Source: Squalus acanthias (lineage: Eukaryota). From it: 64,000 nucleotides of DNA. Shown here one piece after another: positions 36,058 to 46,924 of the stretch. Made by a program: the position numbers and the translations under genes. The stretch spans positions 620,001 through 684,000 of the forward strand of contig JASTWF010000034.1 of NCBI GenBank assembly GCA_030390025.1, read 5' to 3'. A model generated the notes under the pieces. That model worked only from the letters and a program-made list of their open reading frames with translations, was not told the origin of the DNA and did no database searches. The number at the start of each line of letters is the position of its first letter. Positions within the stretch are counted from its first letter, which is position 1.

Positions 36058-36992
36058 TTACTCAACTACCTCCTCTTTCCGTATGACTTTGGCAGCAGCT
36101 TCTTCCTTGCTAAAGACAGATGCAAAGTATTCATTTACTATCTCAGCCATGCCCTCTGCCTCCATTCGTAGGTCTCCTTTTTGGCCCTTAATCGGCCCCA
36201 TCCCTCCTCTTACTGCCCATTTAATATTTATATGCCAAAAGAAGACTTTTGGATTCCATTTTATGTTAGCTGACAATCTATTCTAATACTCTCTCTTTGA
36301 CCCTCTTATTTCCTTTTTCACTTCCTCCCTGAACTTTCTATATTCAGCCTAGTTCTCACTTGTATTCTGAACTTGACATCTGTCATACGCCCCATTTCTC
36401 TGCTTCCTCTTACTCTCTATCTTCCACTATCTCTTCCGTCATCCAGGGAGCTCTGGCTTTGGTTGCCCTACCTTTCCCCCTCGTGGGAATGTACCTCGAT
36501 TGTACCTGAATCATCTCTTCTTTAAAGGCAGCCCATTGTTCGATTACAATTTTGATGCCAATCTTTGATTCCTTTTACCCAAGCCAGCTCCGTTCTCAAC
36601 CCACTGAAATTGGCCCTCCTCCAATTAAGTATTTTTACTCTAGATTGCTCCTCGTCCTTTTCCAAAGCTAATATAAACCTCATGATACTACGATCACCGT
36701 TCCCTGAATGCTCCCTTACTGAAATCTTCTCCACTTCACCTACCTCATTCCCCAGAACCAGATCCAGCAATGCCTCCTTCCTCTTTGGGCCAGAAATGCA
36801 CCAATTAAGAAAGTTCTCTTGAACTCACTAAGGAAATTATTCCCCCTCTCTTCCCTTCATACGATTACTATCTCAGTCTATATTAGGATAACTGAAGTCC
36901 CCCATTATTACCACTCTATATTTCTTCCACCTCTCTGCAATTTCCCTGCAAATTTGCTCCTCTATTTCCTTCCCACTAGATGGTGGCCTATA
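36058..36992 (-). mobile_element. CR1 LINE ORF2 fragment (endonuclease end and linker)
   Basis: LLDLVLGNE, LNWRRANF, NIKWNPKVFF, MAEIVNEYFASVFSKE. Confidence 0.9.
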
Positions 36993-37039
36993 GAAGCGTT
37001 TTACAGCCAATGATTCTGTCATTCCCATTTGCAACATTT

Positions 37040-37281
37040 AACCTCTCCTGCCTTCCACCCGATCACAGACCATCTCTTTTGTTCATTCCTCCCCCCGCCT
37101 TTCCCTGCCCCTACACCTGCTTACAATCTGTTACATCTCTAACTTTTTCCAGTTCTGCCGAAGGGTCACAGACCTGAAACTTTAACTCTGTTTCTCTCTC
37201 CACGGATGCTGCCTGACCTGCTCAGTGTTTCCAGCATTTTTTGTTGTTATTTCAGATTTCCAGCATCCGCAGTATTTTGCT
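37040..37281 (+). mobile_element. Penelope-like retroelement 3' fragment
   Basis: Ends GGATGCTGCCTGACCTGCTCAGTGTTTCCAGCATT...TTCAGATTTCCAGCATCCGCAGTATTTTGCT and is homologous to 32908-33040. Confidence 0.55.
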
Positions 37282-37309
37282 ATTGTAATGTTTAAGATAA
37301 AAGAGAAAG

Positions 37310-37735
37310 AAAGACTTTCACAACCACCGGACGTCTCGAAGCGTTTTACAGCCAATGAATAATTTTGGAGTGTAGTCACTGTTGTCAGGTGAGAAACGCG
37401 GCAGCCAATTTGCGCTCAGCAAGCTCCCACAAACAGCAATGTGATAATGCCCAGATTAATAGATTTTGTTATGTTGATTGAGCGATAATTATTGGCCAGG
37501 ACACCAGGGATAACTTCACTACTCTTCATCGAACTAGTGCAACGGGATCTTTAACGTCCACCTGAGAGAGCAGTTTAACATCTCATCCGAAAGACGGCAC
37601 CTCCAACAGTGCAGCACTCCCTCAGTACTGCACGGGAGTGTCAGCCTAGATTTATGGGCTCAAGTCCCTGGAGCTTGGAACCCACAACCTCTGACTGAGA
37701 GGCGAGTGTGCTACCGACTGAGCCACAGCTGACAC
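37310..37735 (-). mobile_element. DeuSINE-type (SacSINE1/AmnSINE-like) tRNA-headed SINE
   Basis: Minus-strand head GTGGCTCAGTCGGTAGCAC..GTGGGTTCCAAG, with a Deu-domain-like GTGCTGCACTGTTGGAGGTGCCGTCTTTCGGATGAGA...AAAGATCCC. Confidence 0.8.
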
Positions 37736-37744
37736 TGTCAGATG

Positions 37745-38055
37745 GGTTTACAGAGCATGTGTGTAAACGCACGAAGCGTGGTCAATAAGGTGGGTGAGCT
37801 GCAGGCGCAAATAGCCACATAGGAAAATGATGTCGTGACGATAACAGAGACTTGGCTCAAAAAGGGCAGGATTGGGTACTAAATATTCCCAGGTATAAGA
37901 TGTTCGGGAAAGATAGGGAAGGAAAGAAAGGAGGTGGGTTAGCAATATTGATTAAGGAGAATATTAGTGCTGGAGAAAGAGGATGTCTTCGAGGGGTCAA
38001 GGACAGAATCTATTTGGTTAGAGTTAAGAAACAATAGAGGTACCATTACACTGCT
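37745..38055 (+). mobile_element. CR1 LINE endonuclease N-terminal fragment
   Basis: NARSVVNKVGEL...DVVTITETWL...GQDWVLNIPRYKMFGKDREGKKGGGLAILIKENI...RNNRGTITLL. Confidence 0.85.
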
Positions 38056-38698
38056 CCCACCTCAATCCAGGAATGTGATTCCCAGGGCTGCCTAGATTAC
38101 ACTGCTCCCACCTCAATCCAGGAATGTGATTCCCAGGGCTGCCTAGATTACACTGCTCCCACCTCAATCCAAGAATTTCATTCCCAGGGCTGCCTAGATT
38201 ACACTGCTCCCACCTCAATCCAAGAATTTGATTCCCAGGCACGGCCTAGATTACACTGCTCCCACCTCAGTCCAGGAATTTAATTCCCAGGGCTGCCTAG
38301 ATTACACTGCTCCCACCTCAATCCAAGAATTTGATTCCCAGGGCCACCTAGATTACACTGCTCCCACCTCAGTCCAGGAATTTGATTCCCAGGACAGCCT
38401 AGATTACACTGCTCCCGCCTCAATCCAGGAAGTTAATTCCCAGGACAGCCTAGATTACACTGCTCCCACCTCAGTCCAGGAATTTAATTCCCAGGGCTGC
38501 CTAGATTACACTGCTCCCGCCTCAGTCCAGGAATGTGATTCCCAGGGCCGCCTAGATTAAACTGCTCCCGCCTCAATCCAGGAATTTCATTCCCAGGGTT
38601 GCCTAGATTACACTGCTCCCACCTCAATCCAGGAATTTGATTCCCATGGTTGCCTACATTACACTGCTCCCGACTCAATCCAGGAATTTCATTCCCAG
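38045..38698. repeat. 51-bp tandem repeat (~13 copies), unit ATTACACTGCTCCCACCTCAATCCAGGAATTTGATTCCCAGGGCTGCCTAG
   Basis: Unit starts at 38045 and 38096, etc. Confidence 0.95.
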
Positions 38699-38959
38699 TT
38701 CATTTCTCAATTGCCTGAAACTAGAACAAGAACAAGAACAACAAGTTTCTAAAGGTTGAGCTTACCCAGACAAACATGTCATGGTGTTTGACCGAGGGGA
38801 ATAATAATTAAAAGGAGCAAAGGGTTGACACCAAGGAATCAAAGGAAAACGCTTAAAATATTAACCGCTGAGATAAATACCCTGTAACCACCTTAATACT
38901 CCATAAACACACTGGAAACATTGTATTCTCGGATATTCATACTCACAGAATCATAACTA

Positions 38960-39510
38960 TCAGTCAACATTCCCGAATCCTCCATCACCATCCCAGGGTC
39001 TGCACAGACCCACCAGAGGTGGGGGCACAGTCGGGAGGGAGAAACCCTGTGAGTCCTCAACATTGCCTGAGGATATAATGAAGTCTGATGGCTTCCAGTC
39101 AGACATGGACAAGGTAACTTCCTGCCGATTACCACCTACCGCCCTCCCTCAGCTGATGAATCGGCACATCTTCATGCTGAACACCAGTTGATGGGAGCAC
39201 CGAGAGCAGAAAGGGCGCAAATTATACTCTGGGTCGGGAGGGGGAAACTTCAATGTCCATCACCAAGAGTGGCTCGGAAGTACCATCATTAACCGAGCGC
39301 TGAAGAACACAGACTGGGATTGCGGTAGGTGGTGGGAGACCCAAGATGAGAGATTAGCCTGCTTGACCTCATCCTCACCAACCTACCTATCGCATATGCA
39401 TCTGTCTATATTGGTAGGACTGACCACTGCACAATATTTGTAGAGAATAAGTCTCGCCTTCACCCTGAGGACACCGTCCATTATATCATGTGCCTCTACC
39501 ATGGTGATCA
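38960..39510 (+). mobile_element. Decayed non-LTR retrotransposon endonuclease fragment
   Basis: HGQGNFLPITTYRPPSADES...FNVHHQEWLGST...LLDLILTNLP motifs across broken frames. Confidence 0.75.
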
Positions 39511-39689
39511 ATGGAATGAAATTAGACAGAGTCAAGCGATCCAACAACCAACAGATCAAATTATTTCAAAGCTGTCATATTCTGTCGTGAATGGTAATGC
39601 ACATTTAAACAGTTTCCACATACCCCTGAAAATTTCTCCTTTTCAAGTATATATCCAATTACCTTTTGGAAGTTACCGTTAAGAAAGAA

Positions 39690-40270
39690 AGAATTGCATT
39701 GATATAGCGCTTTTCACAACCCTGGGATGTACCAAAGCGCTTTACAGCCAATGAAGTACTTTTGAAGTGTAGTCACTGTTGTAATGTATGAAACGCGGCA
39801 GCCAATTTGCGCACAGCAAGCTCCCACAATCAGCAATGTGATAATGACCAGATAATCTGCTTTAGTGATGTTGATTGAGATAAATATTGGCCAGAACACT
39901 GGGGTTAACTCTGCTGCTCTTCATCAATATAATTCCATGGGATCTTTTACCTCAACCTTAGAGAAAAGACGGGGCCTCGTTTTAAAGTCTCTTCCGAAAG
40001 ACGGCCACTCCGACAGTGCAGTGCTCCCTCAGTAATGCCCCTCTGACTGTGCAGTACTCCCCCAGTACTGCCCCTCCGACAGTGCAGTGTTCCCTCAGTA
40101 ATGCCCCTCTGACTGTGCAGTACTCCCCCAGTACTGCCCCTCCAACACTGCAGCGCTTCCTCAGTACTGCAGTGGCGTGTTAGCCTAGTTTCCTGTACTC
40201 ACGTCGCTGGAGTGGGACTTGAACCCACAATCTTCTAACAAAGAGCCGAGAGTGCTATGAGCTGAGCCGA
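39690..40270 (-). mobile_element. Second DeuSINE-type SINE with an internal ~33-bp tandem amplification
   Basis: Collinear with 37310-37735. Extra copies of (C)AGTACTGCCCCTCCGACAGTGCAG..CTCCCTC at ~40010-40172. Confidence 0.82.
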
Positions 40271-40580
40271 TTGAATCTGCTTCCACCAGACCTTCCGAGT
40301 TCATTCCAGACATAAAAACTCACTGTGTGACCAAAGTTCTTCTCATCTGCCCCGTTTCATTTACCAATTATCTTATATTGTGCCCTTTTGGTAATGACAT
40401 GGCAAGGAGTGGAAACAGTTTCTCCTTTCTTATTGTATCAAAACCCCTCATAATTTTGAACACTTCTTTTCAATCTCCCCATACCTTCTCTGCTATAAGG
40501 AGAACAATCCCAGCTTCTCTCGTCTCCCCACAGAACTGAAATCCCTCATCCCTGGTTTCATTATGGTAAATTATCTCCAC
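40271..40580 (-). mobile_element. Old CR1-type 3' fragment
   Basis: Degenerate similarity to the CR1 C-termini elsewhere in the window (CCCCTCATAATTTTGAACAC..., TCATTCCAGA). Confidence 0.55.
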
Positions 40581-40752
40581 ACAAGTGGCAGACGATGACC
40601 ACCTTCAAGAAGAGGGAGTCTAACCACCTCCACTTGACAGTCAACGGCATTTACAGCACCGAATCCTGAAACATCAAAATCCTAAGGATCGCCATTGATC
40701 AGAAACTCAACTGGGCCAGCCACATAAATGCTGTGGCTACTACAGCAGGTCA
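40581..40752 (+). mobile_element. Non-LTR retrotransposon RT C-terminal fragment
   Basis: KRESNHLHLTVNG...ILRIAIDQKLNWASHINAVATTAGQ. Confidence 0.7.
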
Positions 40753-43700
40753 ATTTGGCGGCAGCGTTTTAAATCTTTAAAAAGGCTGTGTGACTGGTCC
40801 TGTCTCTTTAAAAAGCCTGTGTGACTGGTCCTGTCTCTTTAAAAAGCCTGTGTGACTCGTCCTGTCTCTTTAAAAAGACTGTGTGACTCGTCCTGTCTCT
40901 TTAAAAAGCCTGCGTGAATGGTCCTGTCTCTTTAAAAAGCCTGTGTGACTGGTCCTGTCTCTTCAAAAAGCCTGTGTGAGTGGTTCTGTCAATTTAGAAA
41001 GCCTGTGTGACTGGTCCTGTCTCTTTAAAAAGCCTGTGTGACTGGTCCTGTCTCTTTAAAAAGCCTGTGTGACTGGTCCTGTCTCTTTAAAAATCCTGTG
41101 TGACTGGTCCTGTCTCTTTAAAAAGCCCGTGTGACTGGTTCTGTCTCAGAAGAAAGCTTGTATGATTGGTCCTTCCTCTTTAAAAAGCCAGTGTGAGTGG
41201 GCCTGTCTCTTTAAAAAGCCTGTGTGACTGGTCCTGTCTCTTTAAAACGCCTGTGTGACTGGTCCTGTCTCTTCACAAAGCCTGTGTTACTGGTCCTGCC
41301 CCTTCAAAAAGCCAGTGTGACTGGTCCTGTCTCTTTAAAAAGCCTGCGGGACTGGACCTGTCTCTTTAAAAAGCCTGTGTGACTGGTCCTGTCTCTTTAA
41401 AAAGCCCGTGTGACTGGTTCTGTCTCATAAGAAAGCTTGTATGATTGGCTTTTTAAAGTGCAAGGACCTGTGTGAGTGGGCCTGTCTCTTTAAAAAGCCT
41501 GTATGACTGCTCCTGTCTCTTTAAAAAGCCTGTGTGACTGGTCCTCTCTCTTCAAAACCTGTGTGACTGGTCCTGACTCTTTAAAAAGCCTGTGTGACTG
41601 GTCCTGACTCTTTAGAAAGCCAGTGTGACTGGTCCTGTCTCTTCAAAAGCCTGTGTGCCTGGTCTCAACTCTTTAGAAAGCCTGTGTGACTGGTCCTGTC
41701 TTTGTAAAAGCCTGTATGAATCATCCTGTCCCTTTAAAAAGCTTGTGTGACTGGTCCTGTCTCTTTAAAAATCGTGTGTGACTGAACCTGTCTCTTCAAA
41801 AAGCCTGTGTGACTGATCCTGTCCCTTCAAAAAGCCTGTGTGACTGGTCCTGTCTCTTTAAAATCCTGTGTGACTGGTCCTGTCTCTTTAAAAAGCCTGT
41901 GTGACTGGACCTGTCTCTTCAAAAAGCCTGTGTGACTGGTCCTGTCTCTTTAAAAAGCCTGTGTGACTGGTCCTGTCTCTTTAGAAAGCCTGCATGACTG
42001 ATCCTTGCTCTTTAAAAAGACAGTGTGACTGGTCCTCTCTCTCTAAAAAGCATGTGTGACTGGTCCTGTCTCTTTAAAAAGCCTGTGTGACTGGTCCTGC
42101 CTCTTTTAAAAGCCTGTGTGACTGGCCCTGTCTCTTTTAAAAGCCTGTGTGACTGGTCCTGTCTCTATAAAAAGCCTGTGTGTTTGCTCCTGTCTCTTGA
42201 AAAAGCATGTGTGACTGGTCCTCTCCCTCTAAAAAGCCTGTGTGACTGGTCCTGTCTCTTTTAAAACCTGTGTGACTGATCCTGTCTCTTCAAAAAGCCT
42301 GTGTGACTGGTCCTGTCTCTTTAAAAAGCCTGTGTGACTGGTCATGTCTCTTTAAAAAGCCTGTGTGACTGGTCCTGTCTCTTTAAAAAGCTTGTGTGAC
42401 TGGTCCTGTCTCTTTAAAAATCGTGTGTGACTGAACCTGTCTCTTCAAAAAGCCTGTGTGACTGATCCTGTCCCTTCAAAAAGCCTGTGTGACTGGTCCT
42501 GTCTCTTTAAAAAGCCTGTGTGACTGGTCCTGTCTCTTTAAAAAGCCTGTGTGACTGGTCCTCTCTCTCTAAAAAGCCTGTGTGATTGATCCTGTCCCTT
42601 CAAAAAGCCTGTGTGACTGGTCCTGTCTCTTTAAAAAGCCTGTGTGACTGGTCCTGTCTCTTTAAAAAGCCTGTGTGACTGATCCTTGCCCTTTAAAAAG
42701 ACAGTGTGACTGGTCCTCTCTCTCTAAAAAGCATGTGTGACTGGTCCTGTCTCTTTAAAAAGCCTGTGTGACTGGTCCTGCCTCTTTTAAAAGCCTGTGT
42801 GACTGGCCCTGTCTCTTTTAAAAGCCTGTGTGACTGGTCCTGTCTCTATAAAAAGCCTGTGTGTTTGCTCCTGTCTCTTGAAAAAGCATGTGTGACTGGT
42901 CCTCTCCCTCTAAAAAGCCTGTGTGACTGGCCCTGTCTCTTTTAAAACCTGTGTGACTGATCCTGTCTCTTCAAAAAGCCTGTGTGACTGGTCCTGTCTC
43001 TTTAAAAAGCCTGTGTGAGTGGCCCTGTCTCTTTAGAAAGCCTGTGTGACTGGTCCTGTCTCAATAGAAAGCCTGTGTGACTGGTCCTGTGTCTTTAAAA
43101 AGCCTGTGTGAGTGACTCTGTCTCTTTAGAAAGCCTGTGTGACTGGTCCTGGCTCTTTAAAAAGCCAGAGTGAGTGGCCCTGTCTCTTTAGAAAGCCTGT
43201 ATGACTGGTCATGTCTCTTTATAAAGCTTTGTGTGACTGGTCCTGTCTCTTTAAAAAGCCCGTGTGACTTGTCCTGTCTCTTCAAAAAGCCTGTGTGACT
43301 GGTCATGTCTCTTTTAAAAGCATGTGTGACTGGTCCTGGCTATTTTAAAAGCCAGTGTAAGTGGCCCTGTCTCTTTAAAAAGCCTGTGTGACTGGTCCTG
43401 TCACTATAGAAAGCCTGTGTGACGGGTCCTGTGTCTTTAAAAAGCCTTTTGTGACTGGTCCTGTCTCTTTAAAAAGCCTGTGTGACTGGTCCTGTCTCTT
43501 TAGAAAGCCTGTGTGACTGGTCCTGGCTATTTTAAAAGCCAGTGTAAGTGGCCCTGTCTCTTTAAAAAGCCTGTGTGACTGGTCCTGTCTCTTTAGAAAG
43601 CTTGTGTGACTGGTCCTGGCTATTTTAAAAGCCAGTGTAAGTGGCCCTGTCTCTTTAGAAAGCCTGTGTGACTGGCCCTGTCTCTTGAAAGCCTGTGTGA

Positions 43701-46700
43701 CTGCCCTGTCTCTCAAAAATGCCTGTGTGACTGGTCCTGTCCATTTAGAAAGCCTGTGTGACTGGTCCTGTCTCTTCAAAATGCCTGTATGACAGGTCCT
43801 GTCTCTTTAAAACGCCTGTGTGACTGGTCCTGTCTCTTTAAAAAGCCTGTGTGTCTGGTCCTGTCTCGACAGAATGCCTGTGTGACGGGTCCTGTGTCTT
43901 TAAAAAGCCTTTTGTGACTGGTCCTGTCCCTTTAAAAAGCCTGTGTGACTCATCCTGTCTCTTTAAAAAGCCTGTGTGACTGGTCCTGTCTCTTTAAAAA
44001 GCCTTTGTGAAAAATCATGTCTCTTCAAAAAACCTGTGTGACTGGTCCTGTCTCTTCAAAAGCCTGTGTGAGTGGTTCTGTTAATTTGGAAAGTCTGTGT
44101 GACTGGTCCTGTCTCTTCAAAAGCCTGTGTGACTGGTCCTGACTCTTTCAAAAGCCAGAGTGACTGGTCCTGTCTCTTCAAAAGCCTGTGTGACTGGTCC
44201 TGACTCTTTAGAAAGCCTGTGTGACTGGTCCTGTCTTTTTAAAAGCCTGTGTGACTCGTCCTGATCCTTTAAAAAGCCTGTGTGACTGGTCCTGTCTCTT
44301 TAAAAAGCCTGTGTGACTGGTCCTGTCTTTTAAAAAGCCCGTGTGACTGCTCCTGTCTCTTCAAAAAGCCTGTGTGACTGGTCATGTCTCTTTTAAAAGC
44401 ATGTGTGACTGGTCCTGTCTCTATTAAAACGCCTGTGTGACTGGTCCTGTCTCTTTAAAAAGCCTGTGTGACTGGTCCTGTCTCTATAGAAAGCCTGTGT
44501 GACGGGTCCTGTGTCTTTAAAAAGCCTTTTGTGACTGGTCCTGGCTATTTAAAAAGCCAGTGTGAGTGGCCCTGTCTCTTTAGAAAGCCTGTGTGACTGC
44601 CCTGTCTCTCTAAAAAGCCTGTTTGACTGGTGCTGTCTCTTTAAAAAGCCTGTGTGGTTGGTCCTGTCTCTTTAAAAAACCTGTGTGACTGTTCCTGTCT
44701 CTCTAAAATGCCTGCGTGACTCATCCTGTCTCTTTAAAAAGCCAGTGTGACTGGACATGTCTCTTTAAAAAGACTGTGTGACTGGTCCTGTCTCTTTAAA
44801 AAGCCTGTGTGACTGGTCCTGTCTCTTTAAAATGCCTGTGTGAATGGTCCTGTCTCTTCAAAAAGCCTGTGTGACTGGTCCTGTATCTTCAGAAAGCCTG
44901 CGTGACTGGTCCTGTTTCTTTAAAATGCCTGTGTGAATGGTCCTGTCTCTTCAAAAAGTCTGTGTGACTGGTCCTGTCTCTTTAAAAAGCAAGTGTGACT
45001 GGTCCTGTCTCTCTAAAATGCCTGCGTGACTGGTCCAGTCTCTTCAAAAAGCCTGAGTGACTGGTCCTGTCTCTTTAAAAAGCCCGTGTGACTGGTTCTG
45101 TCTCAGAAGAAAGCTTGTATGATTGGTCCTTCCTCTTTAAAAAGCCAGTGTGAGTGGGCCTGTCTCTTTAAAAAGCCTGTGTGACTGGTCCTGTCTCTTT
45201 AAAACGCCTGTGTGACTGGTCCTGTCTCTTCACAAAGCCTGTGTTACTGGTCCTGCCCCTTCAAAAAGCCAGTGTGACTGGTCCTGTCTCTTTAAAAAGC
45301 CTGCGGGACTGGACCTGTCTCTTTAAAAAGCCTGTGTGACTGGTCCTGTCTCTTTAAAAAGCCCGTGTGACTGGTTCTGTCTCATAAGAAAGCTTGTATG
45401 ATTGGCTTTTTAAAGTGCAAGGACCTGTGTGAGTGGGCCTGTCTCTTTAAAAAGCCTGTATGACTGCTCCTGTCTCTTTAAAAAGCCTGTGTGACTGGTC
45501 CTCTCTCTTCAAAACCTGTGTGACTGGTCCTGACTCTTTAAAAAGCCTGTGTGACTGGTCCTGACTCTTTAGAAAGCCAGTGTGACTGGTCCTGTCTCTT
45601 CAAAAGCCTGTGTGCCTGGTCTCAACTCTTTAGAAAGCCTGTGTGACTGGTCCTGTCTTTGTAAAAGCCTGTATGAATCATCCTGTCCCTTTAAAAAGCT
45701 TGTGTGACTGGTCCTGTCTCTTTAAAAATCGTGTGTGACTGGACCTGTCTCTTCAAAAGCCTGTGTGACTGATCCTGTCTCTTCAAAAAGCCTGTGTGAC
45801 TGGTCCTGTCTCTTCAAAAAGCCTGTGTGACTGGTCCTGTCTCTTTAAAAAGCCTGTGTGACTGGTCCTGTCTCTTTAGAAAGCCTGCGTGACTGATCCT
45901 TGCTCTTTAAAAAGACAGTGTGACTGGTCCTCTCTCTCTAAAAAGCATGTGTGACTGGTCCTGTCTCTTTAAAAAGCCTGTGTGACTGGTCCTGCCTCTT
46001 TTAAAAGCCTGTGTGACTGGCCCTGTCTCTTTTAAAAGCCTGTGTGACTGGTCCTGTCTCTATAAAAAGCCTGTGTGTTTGCTCCTGTCTCTTGAAAAAG
46101 CATGTGTGACTGGTCCTCTCCCTCTAAAAAGCCTGTGTGACTGATCCTGCCTCTTCAAAAAGCCTGTGTGACTGGTCCTGTCTCTTTAAAAAGCCTGTGT
46201 GACTGGTCATGTCTCTTTAAAAAGCCTGTGTGACTGGTCCTGTCTCTTTAAAAAGCCTGTTTGACTGATCCTGTCTCTTCAAAAAGCCTGTGTGACTGGT
46301 CATGTCTCTTTAAAAAGCCTGTGTGACTGGTCCTGTCTCTTTAAAAAGCATGTGTGAGTGGCCCTGTCTCTTTAGAAAGCCTGTGTGACTGGTCCTGTCT
46401 CAATAGAAAGCCTGTGTGACTGGTCCTGTGTCTTTAAAAAGCCTGTGTGAGTGGCTCTGTCTCTTTAGAAAGCCTGTGTGACTGGTCCTGGCTCTTTAAA
46501 AAGCCAGAGTGAGTGGCCCTGTCTCTTTAGAAAGCCTGTATGACTGGTCATGTCTCTTTATAAAGCTTTGTGTGACTGGTCCTGTCTCAATAGAAAGCCT
46601 ATGTGACTGGTCCTGTGTCTTTAAAAAGCCTGTGTGACTGGTCCTGTCTCTTTAAAAAGCCCGTGTGACTGGTTCTGTCTCATAAGAAAGCTTGTATGAT

Positions 46701-46924
46701 TGGTCCTTCCTCTTTAAAAAGCCAGTGTGAGTGGGCCTGTCTCTTTAAAAAGCCTGTGTGACTGGTCCTGTCTCTTTAAAACGCCTGTGTGACTGGTCCT
46801 GTCTCTTCTCAAAGCCTGTGTTACTGGTCCTGCCCCTTCAAAAAGCCAGTGTGACTGGTCCTGTCTCTTTAAAAAGCCTGCGGGACTGGACCTGTCTCTT
46901 TAAAAAGCCTGTGTGACTGCTCCT

